Of a stretch of 64,000 bases of DNA, positions 38,423-51,082 are shown one piece after another; position 1 is the stretch's first letter; each line of letters starts with the position of its first letter. Both the position numbers and the translations under genes were made by a program. The notes beneath the pieces are model-generated. The model was not told where the DNA came from, did no database searches, and worked only from the letters and a program-made list of their open reading frames with translations. The stretch covers positions 22,508,001-22,572,000 of the forward strand of contig NC_058368.1 of NCBI RefSeq assembly GCF_018350175.1, written 5' to 3'. This DNA comes from Felis catus (lineage: Eukaryota).

Positions 38423-39487
38423 ATTTGACTATTAGGAGAATGATTGACGCAACACTAAGTCCTGGGACTTGGTAATTGTGTTCTAATCCTGTCTCAGCAA
38501 TTCTGCTTTTGTAATACCCTGAATAAATTAATTTTGTATCTCATTATGTTAAATATAAAATTAAAAAATAGAGTGTGTTTTGCAAATTAAGGATAATGAG
38601 TCACCACTGTTTCTTGGGACTAAAGGGTGCATGAGCAAATTAATTACAAAGGCTTATGTTATTATAATTATAATGTTAATTACAAGACATAGCTGCTGTT
38701 GATGAAAATAGCCCAGAAAAAGAATGAAATATAAGCAGTTGGTTCAATCTTGGGCCAATATTCTGGTGGACAAAACTATTACTCATTACATAGAGGACCT
38801 TAGATCAAAGTTTGATGGAATATAGGGCATGTTGGATTTCTGCAGATTTAGTCACAGCAGTGACCTAGTAGGCAAAGGAGACATTGAAAACCAAGGCAAG
38901 TTTGAAAAGGAAAAGCGAACACAGTTGTAAAAGGTGAAGTTTTCTACCCTTCGTCTACTGCCATGCTGGATGAACGTAAGTATGAAAAAATTCAATAGAA
39001 CTCACTAAGTTGCTTTTTCTGCGCAAGGTCTGGTGCTAAAGGAAATTAGAGCTGGGTTACTGAATCAGGAGAGGCAGGACATAAACATATAACAAAGAAA
39101 GTATTAATAAAGGCCACCAGAGAAATAGTGTTCAAGTAGTATCAGAATTCATGAGGAGGAGAATAACCTCTCCCTAAATATTGCTTATTACTTGGATTAC
39201 TTTTGCCTTGGTTTTCAAATGAAATAAAACCTTTCATCTTCTCAATAGAGCCTTTAGCATAAAGAAATATGTAGAGAGTGTTTCTGGCAAAGAGTTGCAT
39301 TCCCTAAAGAAGAGAGCCCCTTCCATAAATATAAGCTTCTGCTGGACTGTGGCAGTCATCTCCATTTTGTTCCCATCCTGTGGCATGTGACTTAAAGCTT
39401 CAATGCCGTCTCTGATTCCAGATTCTGGGCGGAAGTTGAATCATTAGATTGCTGACCTCACCACACCATGTGTTTTGTGTTAAAATT

Positions 39488-39526
<39 letters not shown>
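39488..39526 (+). repeat. (TG)n microsatellite
   Basis: Read directly. Confidence 0.95.
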
Positions 39527-39529
<3 letters not shown>

Positions 39530-39756
39530 ACAAATGAAAGTGAGGACTCCTCAGGCTCTACATTCTTTATTATTCCTACATTTACCAAGGTTTTTACAAT
39601 ACTGTGAAAACAATGCATTTCTGATATATTTAAAATACCTAATTTTTACAATGCAAAATAATAATACAATCCAGAAAGACTAAGTACAGAATTGGTCTGT
39701 ATACCCACCTAAAAACAACAGTAACTTTTGACCTTCATATAAATCTTTCAATTTGA

Positions 39757-40052
39757 CCTATAAATACAAAGAACAGACTGAGGGTTGCCAGAGGGAAAGG
39801 GAGTAGAGGGTTAAGCCAAATGGGTGAAGGGGAGTAGGAGACACAGTCTTTCAGTTATGGAATGAATATGTCATAGGAATCAAAGGCACAGCACAGGAAA
39901 TATAGTCAATGATATTTTAATAGTGTTGTGTGGTGACAGAGGGTAGCTACACTTGTGAGCATAGCATAGAGACCAGTTGAATCACTCGGTTGTACACTTG
40001 AAACTAATGTAACATTGTATGTCAACTATAGTCAAATAAAAAAATTAAAAAT
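39757..40052 (+). mobile_element. Carnivore L1 (L1_Carn-like) 3'UTR
   Basis: GTTGCCAGAGGG..GTTATGGAATGAAT..TGTACACTTGAAACTAATGTAACATTGTATGTCAACTATA plus A tail. Confidence 0.88.
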
Positions 40053-40199
40053 AAATACAAACAAATCTTCAATGTTCCTTAAAAAAAAAAAAAAAGATAG
40101 ATGATAGACCTAAAAGAAGGTTTGAAGAAAAAAGACATACACAATCTCATCCTAACTTAATACACAACTTTTTATTTTCATGTATTTCATTCCAGCATG

Positions 40200-40750
40200 T
40201 TATATTCATGCTCTTACCTTCTACTCATTCCAAACCCACACTAATCTGGATTCTGCCCCCACCAGGCCCCTGAAATTGTTCCTGTTAAAGTCACCAATGA
40301 ACCCAGTAGATTCCTTTCAGTCCTTAGCCTACTTGGCCCATCGGTGGAACTCAACCCAGCTGAGGCCCACAGCCCTCTCCTCACTCTTCTTGTTCCAGAT
40401 ATTCTGGGCTTGACTTATTTGTTGACTACACTGTGTTATTTCCTTTTGTGGGATTTACTATGTTCTATACTTCCTCCTTGCAAGGCTCTTTCTCCCAGTT
40501 TCTCTAGCCTTCACCCACTTAACTTCTTCTCTCAGATATCAACATAAATGTCACAAAGTTAGATCAAATCATTGAAACTTCACTTCAAAATACTTAACAG
40601 ACAGGTAATTACAGGATTCCTCTCCGTCTCTGTCACTATCCAAGTCCCTGGAAGGCAGAAGCCATACTTGTCTTCACCAGTGAGACCTCAACACCTAGAA
40701 CATCGCCTGGCACGGAGTAGATGCTAAGAATTTTGTTGTGGTTGAATGGA
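40200..40750 (+). mobile_element. L2 fragments
   Basis: AAAGTCACCAATGA..CCTGGAAGGCAGAAGCC..GCCTGGCACGGAGTAGATGCT..GTTGAATG. Confidence 0.65.
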
Positions 40751-41171
40751 CTTATGGATAGTTGTGGTCATGGTATACATATAATTTTATACCCTGCTTT
40801 TTCATGCTAAATGCATATCTCCATGTTGTTGTATTATAATCTTTACTTTTATCAAAATTGTATATGCTTACATGCATTGGAAATAACCCAAATGTTCATC
40901 AACAGGAAAAGGAACAAATAAATTGTGGTGCTTTCATTAAATGGAATATTACACAGCAATATTGTAAGTCTTGCTACACCTAACAACATGTACGAATCTT
41001 ACAGACTCCAAATGAAGCCAGAAACAAAAGGGTACATATATATGATTCCCTTTATACAAATTTCAAAAGCAAGAAATGTTGACTTATGATGTCCCAAGTA
41101 AGGATACTGGTTATCCTTGGTGGGACAATAATTATTTCCATGTGTTTTCTTCCAGTTAAAAAGTGCATTGA

Positions 41172-41383
41172 GGGTTGCCTGGGTGGTTCAGTCAGTTAAG
41201 CGTCTGACTTCGGCTTAGGTCATGATCTCACCGTTGGTAGGTTCAAGCCCTGCGTCAGGCTCTGTGCTGGTGGCTCAGAGGCTGGAGCCTGCTTTGCATT
41301 CTGTGTCTCCCTTTCTCTCTCTCTGCCCCTCCCCTGCTGGTGCTCTGTCTCTGTCTCTCTCAAACGTAAATAAACATTAAAAA
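41172..41383 (+). mobile_element. Can-SINE (first of a tandem pair)
   Basis: GGGTTGCCTGGGTGGTTCAGTCAG head; AAATAAACATTAAAAA tail. Confidence 0.94.
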
Positions 41384-41410
41384 ATTTTTTTTAAAAAAGC
41401 TCATTGAACT

Positions 41411-41610
41411 TGGGGTGCCTAGGTGCCCCAGTTGGTTAAGTGTCCGACTTTGGCTCAGGTCATGATCTTGTGGTTCATGAGTTTGAGCACTGCATCGGGC
41501 TCTGTGCTAACAGCTCAGAGCCTGCTTCAGATTCTGTGTCTCCCTCTCTCTCTGCCCTTCCCCTGTTCATGCTCTGTCTCTCTCTCAAAAATAAATAAAC
41601 ATTAAAAAAA
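41411..41610 (+). mobile_element. Can-SINE (second of a tandem pair)
   Basis: GGGGTGCCTAGGTG head; AAAATAAATAAACATTAAAA tail. Confidence 0.94.
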
Positions 41611-42392
41611 TTTTTTTAAAGAATGTGCGTTGAACTTATGATTTGTATACTTTACTTATGTAGTACTTGAACAAATGTTTATTTAAAAATAAAAAAATAT
41701 ATAAATTTTACACACACGTCTTTTAAAGAGTCAAATAGTTCTATAAGGCTTAAAAATAGCATTTCTTTTCTTCCCACTCCTTCACCCTGCAATGTCCATT
41801 TCCCCACAGATAACCTCTTTCCCCTTTTTCTAACTGATTCTTTTGCTTTTGACCTCCATGAATCTAAATAACATGCTCAATTGTTTCAGTTTTAAGCATT
41901 ATCTATTGTTTTCCCAGTATGGAAGCTGGGGATGTAAGTTCTTTTTCTTATCCTTTCCTCTGCATCGTTCCCACATCTACATCCTTCCAATGTGGGTGAC
42001 TTATAATTTTGGTTTGATTAATATTCAATGTTTATATAACATTTTCTGTATAAGTGCTATTATCACTGAGTCATGTAATAAGTTATGATCACTTGTCTTT
42101 TGCTGCACTTCTTGTTTTTTCCGTTCTCTTTGCTTTGTTCCCTTGTTAGTTTTCAGGGAATTTCAATCCTTAATTCTCTACCAATTGCTTAAATTTGCCT
42201 CTAAAACCAGGTCTAATCCTGAAATACGCCTTCAAAATTATTCTGGGAATTTACTTACCCTCTTTTGTGTTGATCTTCTGTTTCTTGTATTCCATGTTGC
42301 CTTCCTTTTCTTAGTTTATAACCTTGGTTTTAATTGAAAGTAACTTTCAGTAGAGAAGAGTGTACTTGAGACATAAAAATGATAAGGCCTCA

Positions 42393-42601
42393 GCAGTGCC
42401 TGGGTGGCTCAATCAGTCAAGTGTTCGACTCTTGGTTTTGGCTCAGGTCATGATCTCACAGTTCGTGAGTTTGAGCCTGAGCCCTGCATTGGTCTCTGTG
42501 CTGACAGTGTGGATCCTGCTTGGGATTTTCTGTCTCTCCTCTCTGTTTCTCTCTCTCTCTCTCTCTGTCTCTCTGTCTGTCTCAAAATAAATAAACTTAA
42601 A
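42393..42601 (+). mobile_element. Can-SINE
   Basis: TSD AAAAATGWTAAGGCCTYA. Confidence 0.93.
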
Positions 42602-43284
42602 AAAAATGTTAAGGCCTTACACATATGAACATGTTTTTCTTCTACTCTCATACTTGATTGATGACTTGGCTTCTTATAGAATTCTATGTTTAAAACAACT
42701 TCCTTCCATAATTTTGAAGACATTCCTCCATTGACTTATAACTTTCTATGTTAATATTCAGAAGTCTGTGGTCATAAACAAAAGTCTGTTTTTCTCTTTT
42801 GTAGGAGCTTTTGTTTGTACTTAATGATCTAAAATTTCATATTGCTGTGTCTTGATATGTGTAGATGTAATATTCTGGTCACAGAATGGACCCTTTTTAA
42901 TCTGAAAATTCAGATTTTTATTTTGGGAAATGTTCTTGAATTCTTTTATCTTGAATTATTTTGTTCTTTTTTACTGTTTTCTTCTCTGTTCTCTCTTACC
43001 AGAATCCTACTATTGGATCTCCTGGATTAATTCCTAATTTTCTTATGTTTAATTTCCAAGTTACTGTCCCTTTTCATGGTTGGAATATTCTCTTATCTCT
43101 CTGAGGATATCTATGACTTTTTTTCCCCTCTCCAGGCATAGTCTTTTTGTCCTCCAACTTACTTTTTTACTTTTAAGCTAATGACTGCTCAGATATCTGG
43201 TAATCCAGATAATATTTTAGGAAGCTTGATCATAGCTGAGGGACTGGGAAATTTGAGCATGTGGGTGGGACTCACTGATTACAG

Positions 43285-43385
43285 TAGCATGACCAACTAT
43301 ATTGGGTTGCCTGGGACTGCCCCAGTTTTAGCACTAAGAGTCCCATGAGCCAGGAAACTCCTCAGTTCCAGCTGAGGTCACCCTC
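43285..43385 (+). mobile_element. MER81-like hAT-Blackjack MITE
   Basis: TGACCAAC..CCTGGGACTGCCCAGTTTTAGCACT..AGTCCC..GGTCACCCT. Confidence 0.75.
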
Positions 43386-43629
43386 ATTGGGACCATCTCC
43401 ATGGGGTGAACCGTCTGGAAATGTTCACTGGGCATGCAATGTCATTAGTTGTTTTACCTCAAGCTGGCAGATTCCCCAGTGAATGAAATTCCCATTTCCT
43501 GCATGGAGGTCAATGCCCTGCTCGTGAACATGCTTGGGCTCTGGTTAGGGGAATGCAGCAGGGATTCTCAGCTTCCAATACAAAAGTATCCTCCAACTTT
43601 CATTTCAGCTGTGTTTGGTTTTTCCCATT

Positions 43630-44715
43630 CCCTATCTATTGAGTTCCTGCCACGTTGTCAGGCACCATGTAAAGCACTGGGTGAGTCACAGTGAATAAAA
43701 CATAAAAATGTCTGCCTCTGTAATGCATGTAGAAAGGCAGATAATCAATCAATTAATTTAAAAAATACAATTTGTCAAAAATTGATAAATGCTATAAATA
43801 AAAATAAAATGGGAGAAAAGGAAAGACAAAAAGTTAGGGTAAACAGAGCATTTTAAGACTATTTTAACTAGAATGGTCAGAGAAGACATTACTGAGAAGA
43901 GCCTTTGAGTAAGTCCTGAAGAATATAAGGTAGCGAGTCAGGAAGAGTTTTTCAAGCAAAGGTAACAGGCATAGTCCCCAAGGCAAGGATGTGCCTGATA
44001 TCTTTGAAGGAGAGCAAATGGGTAAGGTTGTAGCACAGTGAGCTAATGAGTAAGGGGGAGAATAGCTGTGCTAATGCTGTATAGAAAATAAGCTGAAGGG
44101 GGTCAAGGGCAGAAGCAGGAAGTCCAATTAAGAGGCTATTGTACCAGCCTAGTCAAATCATGGTGGTGTCTTGGACCAGGGTGGTGGCCAGATTGGTGCT
44201 GAGAAGTGGTTAGATTTTGGATTAAAAAAAAAATTATTAATGGATTGGTTGTGAGGTAACAGAGAAAGAGAAGAACTAAGATGATTCCAAGGTTCTTGGT
44301 CTGAACATCTGGAAAAATGGAATTGTCAATTACCAAGATGGGGGAGATCATGGGCAAGCAGGTTGGAAAAACATCATGAATTTGATCTTTCACGTGTTAA
44401 GTTTGAGACACCTATGGAACATATTGCAGAGTAGGTAGATGTATGAGTTTGGTGTTCAGGGAAGAGACTGGAGATATAAATACAGGAGATGATACTTAAG
44501 ATGATGAGGTTGGGTAAGCTTGCCTAGGGAGTATTGTAGACTGAGAAGTGGACCAAGGACAGAATCCTGAAGCACTTCACATTCAGAGGTCAAGGAGTTG
44601 AGAAGGAGGGTCCAGTGAGGAAGATAGAGAATCTATAGAGAATTATCTGGAAGTCAACGGAAGAAATGTTTCAAGAGAGGGAGTGGTAAGCTGTGCCAAG
44701 TGCTGCTGAAAGACA
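43630..44715 (-). mobile_element. L2 (L2a-like), about 1.1 kb
   Basis: ATTGAGTTCCTGCCA..CAGGCACC; TTGGACCAGGGTGGTGG; GATTCCAAGGTTCTTGGTCTGA; GTTAAGTTTGAGA. Confidence 0.85.
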
Positions 44716-45439
44716 CTGTTGTTCAGAGGCCCTTTGACCATTTCGTCCAGAGAGCTCGTTTCAGCCTCAAAGAGCAAACCTGTCTTTTGCTGAAGTTGGA
44801 GGAGGCATGGTCTCCTGGTTGTGCAACAGGAGAGCAGACAATGCTCCTTAGATTTAGATAATGCTTCTTAGACTTTCAACCACTCTGCCTTATCTGAGCA
44901 CCTCCATCCTTCACTCCACTGTTAAGTTGATGCCACCAATTTCTGAGCCTTTAGGAATCCCATGATATAAATTAAATCAATTCATACCTTTCCTGCACTG
45001 CCTGTTTTGAAGTCAACCTTCTCAGATGTGCTAAGTCATTTACTACTGAATAATTTACTACTTTCACACTTTGCAAACAAAATTGCTATTGTCTTCTCTT
45101 CTTTTCCTCTACTGCTTGTGGATTTAAGCCTCTTAAAAGGATCCTTTTAGTGTCATTTAGGGAAGGAGTAATAGTAGATACATGTGTCCAATCCATCTTC
45201 TTTGCCTGGAAGCCATGACCGCCATTTTTAAGGGTGTAAAGTTGTCAACTGTTTGGATATACATCATTTACTTAACTGTTCCACAATGTTTGGACATTTG
45301 GGCTGCTTCCAATGATATACAATACTATACTATAAATCTTCTTGCATATAACATTGCTCGTGATTAGGAGGTATTGCTCTGGATTGATTCCCAGAAATTC
45401 TATAACTGGGTTGAGAGATATTAGCATTTGATACAATAA

Positions 45440-45680
45440 AAGCAGTATGGTGAATGGTTCAGAGCACTCTCTGGGGTAGGAGTCGAGTGCTTTCCTCTGG
45501 AACCCTGTTCTGTCATTTACTAGCTCTGTAACCTTGGGCAAGTTTCTTAAACTCTGTGTGTTCCAGTTTCCTCATCTGTCAAATAAGGGTAATAATAGTA
45601 GTGTTACTGAGGGGAATAGAGTAGGTTAACATATGTGAATTACTTGCACAGTGATTAATACACAATAAATGAACAGTCAA
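45440..45680 (+). mobile_element. MIR (MIRb-like)
   Basis: ACCTTGGGCAAGTTTCTTAAACTCT..CAGTTTCCTCATCTGTCAAAT. Confidence 0.88.
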
Positions 45681-46440
45681 TAGATATACTCACAACCATC
45701 ATCATTATCACCATCTGACTTTTGATAAGTTGCCAGGTTGCTTTTCAAAAGGGGATCATCTTCAATTGCATCAGCAACATATAAGGATGCCATTAAACAC
45801 CTCTTTGCCAATCAAACTCAGCCACTTATTTTAAAAGGCTCTCAAATAACACTTTGTTGAATTCTCTATAGTTTTTATAATAAAAATATGGATGATAGGA
45901 CTATATTGTTAATATTCCAGGCTACAAAAGGAAGATCTTGGCAAATTATTAGCAAATTCTGATATAAGGCTTTCAAAATGGGGAAAGTCACATCATACAT
46001 GAATAAACTTGAGCAAAATCAGTTATACCCTATAGAAGGTGGGAAGGGGAAGGAGGAGAGAAAGAGAGAAAGAAAAACTATATTTAAGCCTACAGTGATT
46101 CTGACCATTCCATTTAATGAATGTGCATGGATTTGATATAGAAAATTGGACCCACTTTTCCTCAGTTGGTCTGAGTTTTAATGTGCCTCTTCTAGCATGA
46201 ACATTTTTCTCCCGTGGATTGTGTGTGATTCTAGAGTTTTAGAGCGTTTTCATACCATATGCCTTTTAGACCCAAGACAACACTGTTGGCCATTTTGAGA
46301 ATATATCAATATTCTTAAGGGATGCTCAAAGATAACTTTGAACATGTGTGAGACTGCTTCTATATCCAGAAGTTTCTGGGCAAAAATGACTACATCATAT
46401 CTGATTTGCAACTGAAATAAATGGCATCATCCAACATTTT

Positions 46441-46660
46441 TTTAAAAAATTTTTTTTAATGTTTATTTATTTTTAAGACAGAGAGAGACAGAGCATGAAC
46501 AGGGGAGGGGCAGAGAGAGAGGGAGACACAGAATCTGAAACAGGCTCCAGGCTCTGAGCTGTCAGCACAGAGCCCGACGTGGGGCTCGAACCCACAGACC
46601 GTGAGATCATGACCTGAGCCGAAGTCGGACGCTTAACCGACCAAGCCACCCAGGCGCCCC
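46441..46660 (-). mobile_element. Can-SINE (SINEC_Fc, low divergence)
   Basis: CpG-retaining body; ends GCCACCCAGGCGCCCC; short TSD ACATTTT. Confidence 0.96.
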
Positions 46661-46719
46661 ACATTTTGTTTGTTTGTTTGAGGCTTTTCATTTTGCCACT
46701 GGCTAGGTGATGTTCACTG

Positions 46720-47045
46720 ATGCTACGTACACTGTTCCTTCTGATCAGGACACACTTCCCTTCTTTGTTTGTCTGGTAAATTTAGAACTGTCCTTCAAGG
46801 CAGCTCAAGCCTGAAGCCTTGCTGGGCTCCTATCAGCACATTAGACCACTGTATCCAGACCACTGTGTGTGGACCTCTAGGATAGCAGTTATATTGAGTC
46901 ACAATTGTTTATATGTCTTTCTCCCCATGAGAGTGTGAGCTTTTCTAGGATAGAGACTGTGTATTATTAATCTTTGTAACTCCAGTGCCTAGTAAAATGC
47001 CTGGAACTTAATAGGCATTTAACAAATACTGTTGAGTAATGTATG
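46720..47045 (+). mobile_element. L2 3' end
   Basis: TCTTTGTAACTCCAGTGCCTAG..ATGCCTGG..AACAAATACTGTTGA. Confidence 0.75.
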
Positions 47046-47415
47046 TGGAATGGGAAATGAGGTAGGAGAACCATGGTATGAAGTTCTCACTATATCCAAG
47101 AAAAGAATATAAGAATGAAAATTGGCTCTTAAGAGAAATAATAACCACCAGTTATCAAAGGCCTGCATTCCAATAACTTTACATGCACTGTAATCTTCCT
47201 CAGAAGCTCCTTATGTATCACCTTACTTATTTTACAAATAAAGAAAAGTTAGCCTCAGAGAAGTCAAGTAACCCACGCAAGTACCGTGACTAGTAAGGCA
47301 AGAGCAAGGATTTCAACTCAGTTTGCGCATTTCCACTATTGTCTGATGCTTCTTTGGTTCAGTCCTGTCAGAGGTAGAAGAGAGATTGAGTAGCATGATT
47401 AAAAGCATCCACTGA

Positions 47416-47625
47416 GGGGCACCTGGGTGGCTCAGTCGGTTAAGCACCTGACTTGGTTTCGGCTCAGGTCATGATCTTGCCATTTGTGGGATTGAGCCCC
47501 ACGTCGGGCTCTGTGCTGACAGAATGGAGCCTGCTTGGGATTCTCTCTCTCCGTCTCCCTCTGCCCTCCCCCTGCTTGCTCACTCACTCTCAAAATAAAT
47601 AAATAAACTTAAAATAATACTAAAA
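47416..47625 (+). mobile_element. Can-SINE
   Basis: GGGGCACCTGGGTGGCTCAGTCGGTTAAG; TSD GCATCCACTGA. Confidence 0.94.
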
Positions 47626-49183
47626 ATTGCATCCACTGAATTTGAGTATGAGGAGGTTATTGTAATGCTCACTGATTTCAAGGGTGCATCCTCACATATC
47701 TAACTTTATTTCTGACCCTGGTAATCAAGTTCCTGATTGCAAAGTACGTTGTCAGCACATATCTCTCATACACAGAAATGCCACTGAGTATCCTTCAAGA
47801 GACCACGAGGTCCCCAAAAGGAAGCACAAGTTCATTGTGGAGAGGTGGGCATGATATTGTTCAGGGGACTCAGGTCTGGCCTGGGACTCATTCGAGGGAT
47901 AATTAGGAGACATGTCCTTGCATCAAGCTGGGTGTGAGACTCGAGCGAGGCCCCTGAACAGAACTTTCTGAAGGGGAGTAGGAGGAGGTGGGCAAGGAAT
48001 GTGTGTGTTGGGGGAGGGACATGTGTCATCCTTGTGATGAACTCCTAAAATTAATGACAGCAGGAAAAGCTGATCTCTGAGCTGGTGAGAACTATTTACG
48101 TAGCACCGGGAGAATGACTAAAGTCCACTTGCTCGCTGGATTAAAATATTATGCTGATGTGGTGCTAAATGGAGGCTTTCTAAGTGTGAGTCATGATGAC
48201 AAACCACTGTAACAAGATATATTGGAGCACTCACCCTCCCGTACTCAAAGTCACTGTTGGCTATGATGGTTCCAAAATTTGAAATCTCTGCAGTTCCTTT
48301 TTCTATAACTTTACTAAATCAAAGGTAGCAGGGTAGTCTTGGAAGGTGGACCTAGAGAAACAGAGAGTGCGTCCCCTGAGACCCTCTACCAGCCATAAGG
48401 TGACAGGGATGAAGCCCTCCTTCTTCATGAGAGGAGAAAAGAAAGGTCAGGTTTGGTCAGGAATATGAGAGAGGGATGGAGAAAAGGGACCGCAAAAGAA
48501 GAGTCGGTGTCCGGTTGGTAGCCCAGCGCACACCAGGGTCCATGTTTGACCCTCTGAAATAGGGTCTGCAGGCAGAAACCAGGAGACCTGGAATAAGAAA
48601 TTCTATGAGACTTGGGGCCCAAGCAACTCTGCTTCAGAATCCAGGTGACAAAGCACAGCACAGAATAGGAAAGAGGGGCACCAGTGCCATGAGGGTCTGA
48701 TATCCCGGGGCTCAATGCAGCCACTGTGAGGAGAGCAGCACCTGGGGAGGTGGTGGTGGGAACCACTGATCATTGCATTCGGTTCTCTCTGAAGGCCCAG
48801 CAGCTGTGACCAAGTAAAGGGACCCCACTCAGGCAGGAGACCCTACTGGACAGAATGGGGTGGAAGAGGATGGAAGTACTTGTTACTGAGCATTAGGCTG
48901 GACATGAAGAAGATACCCAAAAAGAATCCCAAAGAAATGGGAATGCTGTGTTTTGGAGGGGGCGGTAGAGATGAGGGCCGGCAGTGACATGGTTAATGTT
49001 AGTGTGATTCCCTAGGAGCCCACAGGCTGGTGAGATCTGGGAACATCCAAGTGACATCAGTACAGAGAGGAGGGAGTTAAGAATATGTGTGACCCTTTTC
49101 AGTGAATGCTGGAGCTATGCTGATAGATGGCTTTGATGAAAATAATAATAACGAGGCCCTATATTTCTACAGTGCTAGGAATT

Positions 49184-49186
<3 letters not shown>

Positions 49187-49226
<40 letters not shown>

Positions 49227-49245
49227 TTTTAATGTTTATTTATTT

Positions 49246-49290
<45 letters not shown>

Positions 49291-49460
49291 GAGCATGAGT
49301 AGGGGAGGGGCAGAGAGAGAGGGAGACACAGAATCCAAAGCAGGCTCCAGGCTCCGAGCTGTCAGCACAGAGCCCGACGCGGGGTTCCAACTCTCAAACC
49401 CTGAGATCATGACCTGAGCCAAAGTTGAATACTTAACTGACTGAGCCACCTAGGCACCCC
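49187..49460 (-). mobile_element. Can-SINE with (TTTA)n and (GA)n expansions
   Basis: TSD TACAGTGCTASGAATTTTA. Confidence 0.95.
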
Positions 49461-49479
49461 TACAGTGCTACGAATTTTA

Positions 49480-49670
49480 GAGTGCACTTGCACATGCTTC
49501 CTCTTATTTGAGCTCTCCCACAAGTTTCCAAGAGGTAGATGGGACCTTCATTTTGTAGATGAGGAAACTGAGGCATGGAGTAAAGTTGTCTACGTTGGCC
49601 CAAGTTGCAGGCACCGGTGTTGGGGCTTGGACCTCAGCTAGGATTCCTCCATATCCAGTGCTCTTTCCGC
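49480..49670 (-). mobile_element. MIR fragment
   Basis: CATTTTGTAGATGAGGAAACTGAGGCA. Confidence 0.8.
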
Positions 49671-49892
49671 TAGATGAAGCCACTGCGTGGCACAACTGGG
49701 TACCCTGCAGCTGTGCCATGCACAGCCAGCGTGCTTAACCAAGGCAGCCCTGCCTCTGGGCTACCTGGTGCCGCAAGAATGTAATAGCTGGTGCTTGTGC
49801 CCTCAGCACTGCTGGCCCCTCCACTGGATGCAGCCACTGTCATCATTTCCACCACTACCAGAAGAACTTGGTCAGAATCCAGCCTGCGCCAG

Positions 49893-51082
49893 GAATTTAT
49901 TTTTTATTTTTTATAATTGGTTGACACAGAGTGTAATATTGGTTTCAGGAGTAGAATTTAGGGCTTCATCACTTACATATGACATCCAGTGCTCATCCCA
50001 ACAAGTGCCCTCCTTAATGCCCATCACCCATTTAACCCATCCCCTCCACCCACCTCCCCTCCAGCAACCCTCAGTTTGCTCTCTATAGTTAAGAGACTTG
50101 TATGGTTTGCTTTCCTCCCTCTTTTTTTTTCCCCTTCCCCGATGTTTGTCTGTCTTGTTTCTTAAATTCTGCATATGAGTGAAATCATATGGTAATTTTC
50201 TCTCTCTGACTTATTTCGTTTAGCATAATATACTCTAGCTCCACCCGTGTCTTTGGAAATGGCAAGACTCCATTCTTTTTGATGGCTAAGTAATACTCCA
50301 CTATACACATAAACCACATCTTCCTTATCCATTCATCAGTCTAAGGACATTTGGGCTCTTTACATAACTTGACTATTTTTGATGCTGCTGCTATAAACAT
50401 TAGGGTGCATGTGCCCCTTCGAATCAGCATTTTTATATACCTAATAGTGCAATTGCTGGGTCATAAAGTAGTTCTATTTTTAACTTTTTGAGGAACCTCC
50501 ATACTGTTTTCCAGAGTGGCTGCACCAATTTGCATTCTCCCTTTTCTCTTCATCCTCACCAACATCTGGTATTTCCTGTGTTGTTATTTTTACCACTCTG
50601 ACTGGAGTGAGGGGGTATCTCATTGTGGTTTTGATTTGTATTTCCCTCATGATGAGAGATGTTGAGCATTCATGTGTCTATTTGCCATCTGGATGTATTC
50701 TTTGGAAAAGTGTCTATTCATATTTTCTGCCCATTTCCTCACTGGATTATTTGTTTTTTGGGTGTTGAGTTTGATAAGTTCTTTATAGATTTTGGATACT
50801 AGCCCTTTATCTGGTATGTCATTTGCAAATATCTTTTCACATTCTGTCTGTTGTCTTTTAGTTTTGTTAATTGTTTTCTCTGCTGTGCAGAAGCTTTTTA
50901 TCTTGACGAGGTCCCAACAGTTCATTTTTGCTTTTATTTCCCTTGCCTTCAGAGACATGTCAAGTAAGAAGTTGCTGCGGCCGAGCTCAAAGCGGTTGCT
51001 GCCTATGCTCTTCTGTAGGATTTTGATGGTTTCCTCTCTCACATTTAGGTCTTTCATCCATTTTGAATGTATTTTTGTGTAT
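49893..51082 (-). mobile_element. Carnivore L1, 5'-truncated (ORF2 C-terminus plus 3'UTR)
   Basis: ORF 50647-51099 [37 protein letters not shown] is L1 ORF2p; carnivore L1 3'UTR and T-rich tail at about 49895. Confidence 0.96.

Larger units (their letters stand above)
40878..41700 (+). mobile_element. L1ME-type 3' fragment containing two tandem SINEs
   Basis: TGGAAATAACCCAAATGTTCATCAACAGG..ATATGATTCCCTTTATACAAATTTCAAAAGCAAG; resumes TTATGATTTGTATACTTT. Confidence 0.75.
40847..45214 (-). mobile_element. Near full-length HAL1, interrupted by an L1ME fragment, SINEs, MER81 and L2
   Basis: 3' end TTTTATCAAA..TTTAAAGAGTCAAATAGTTCTA; ORF motif in reverse at about 42640-42730; 5' terminus TGTGTCCAATCCATCTTCTTTGCCTGGAAG at about 45185-45212. 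Confidence 0.65.
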
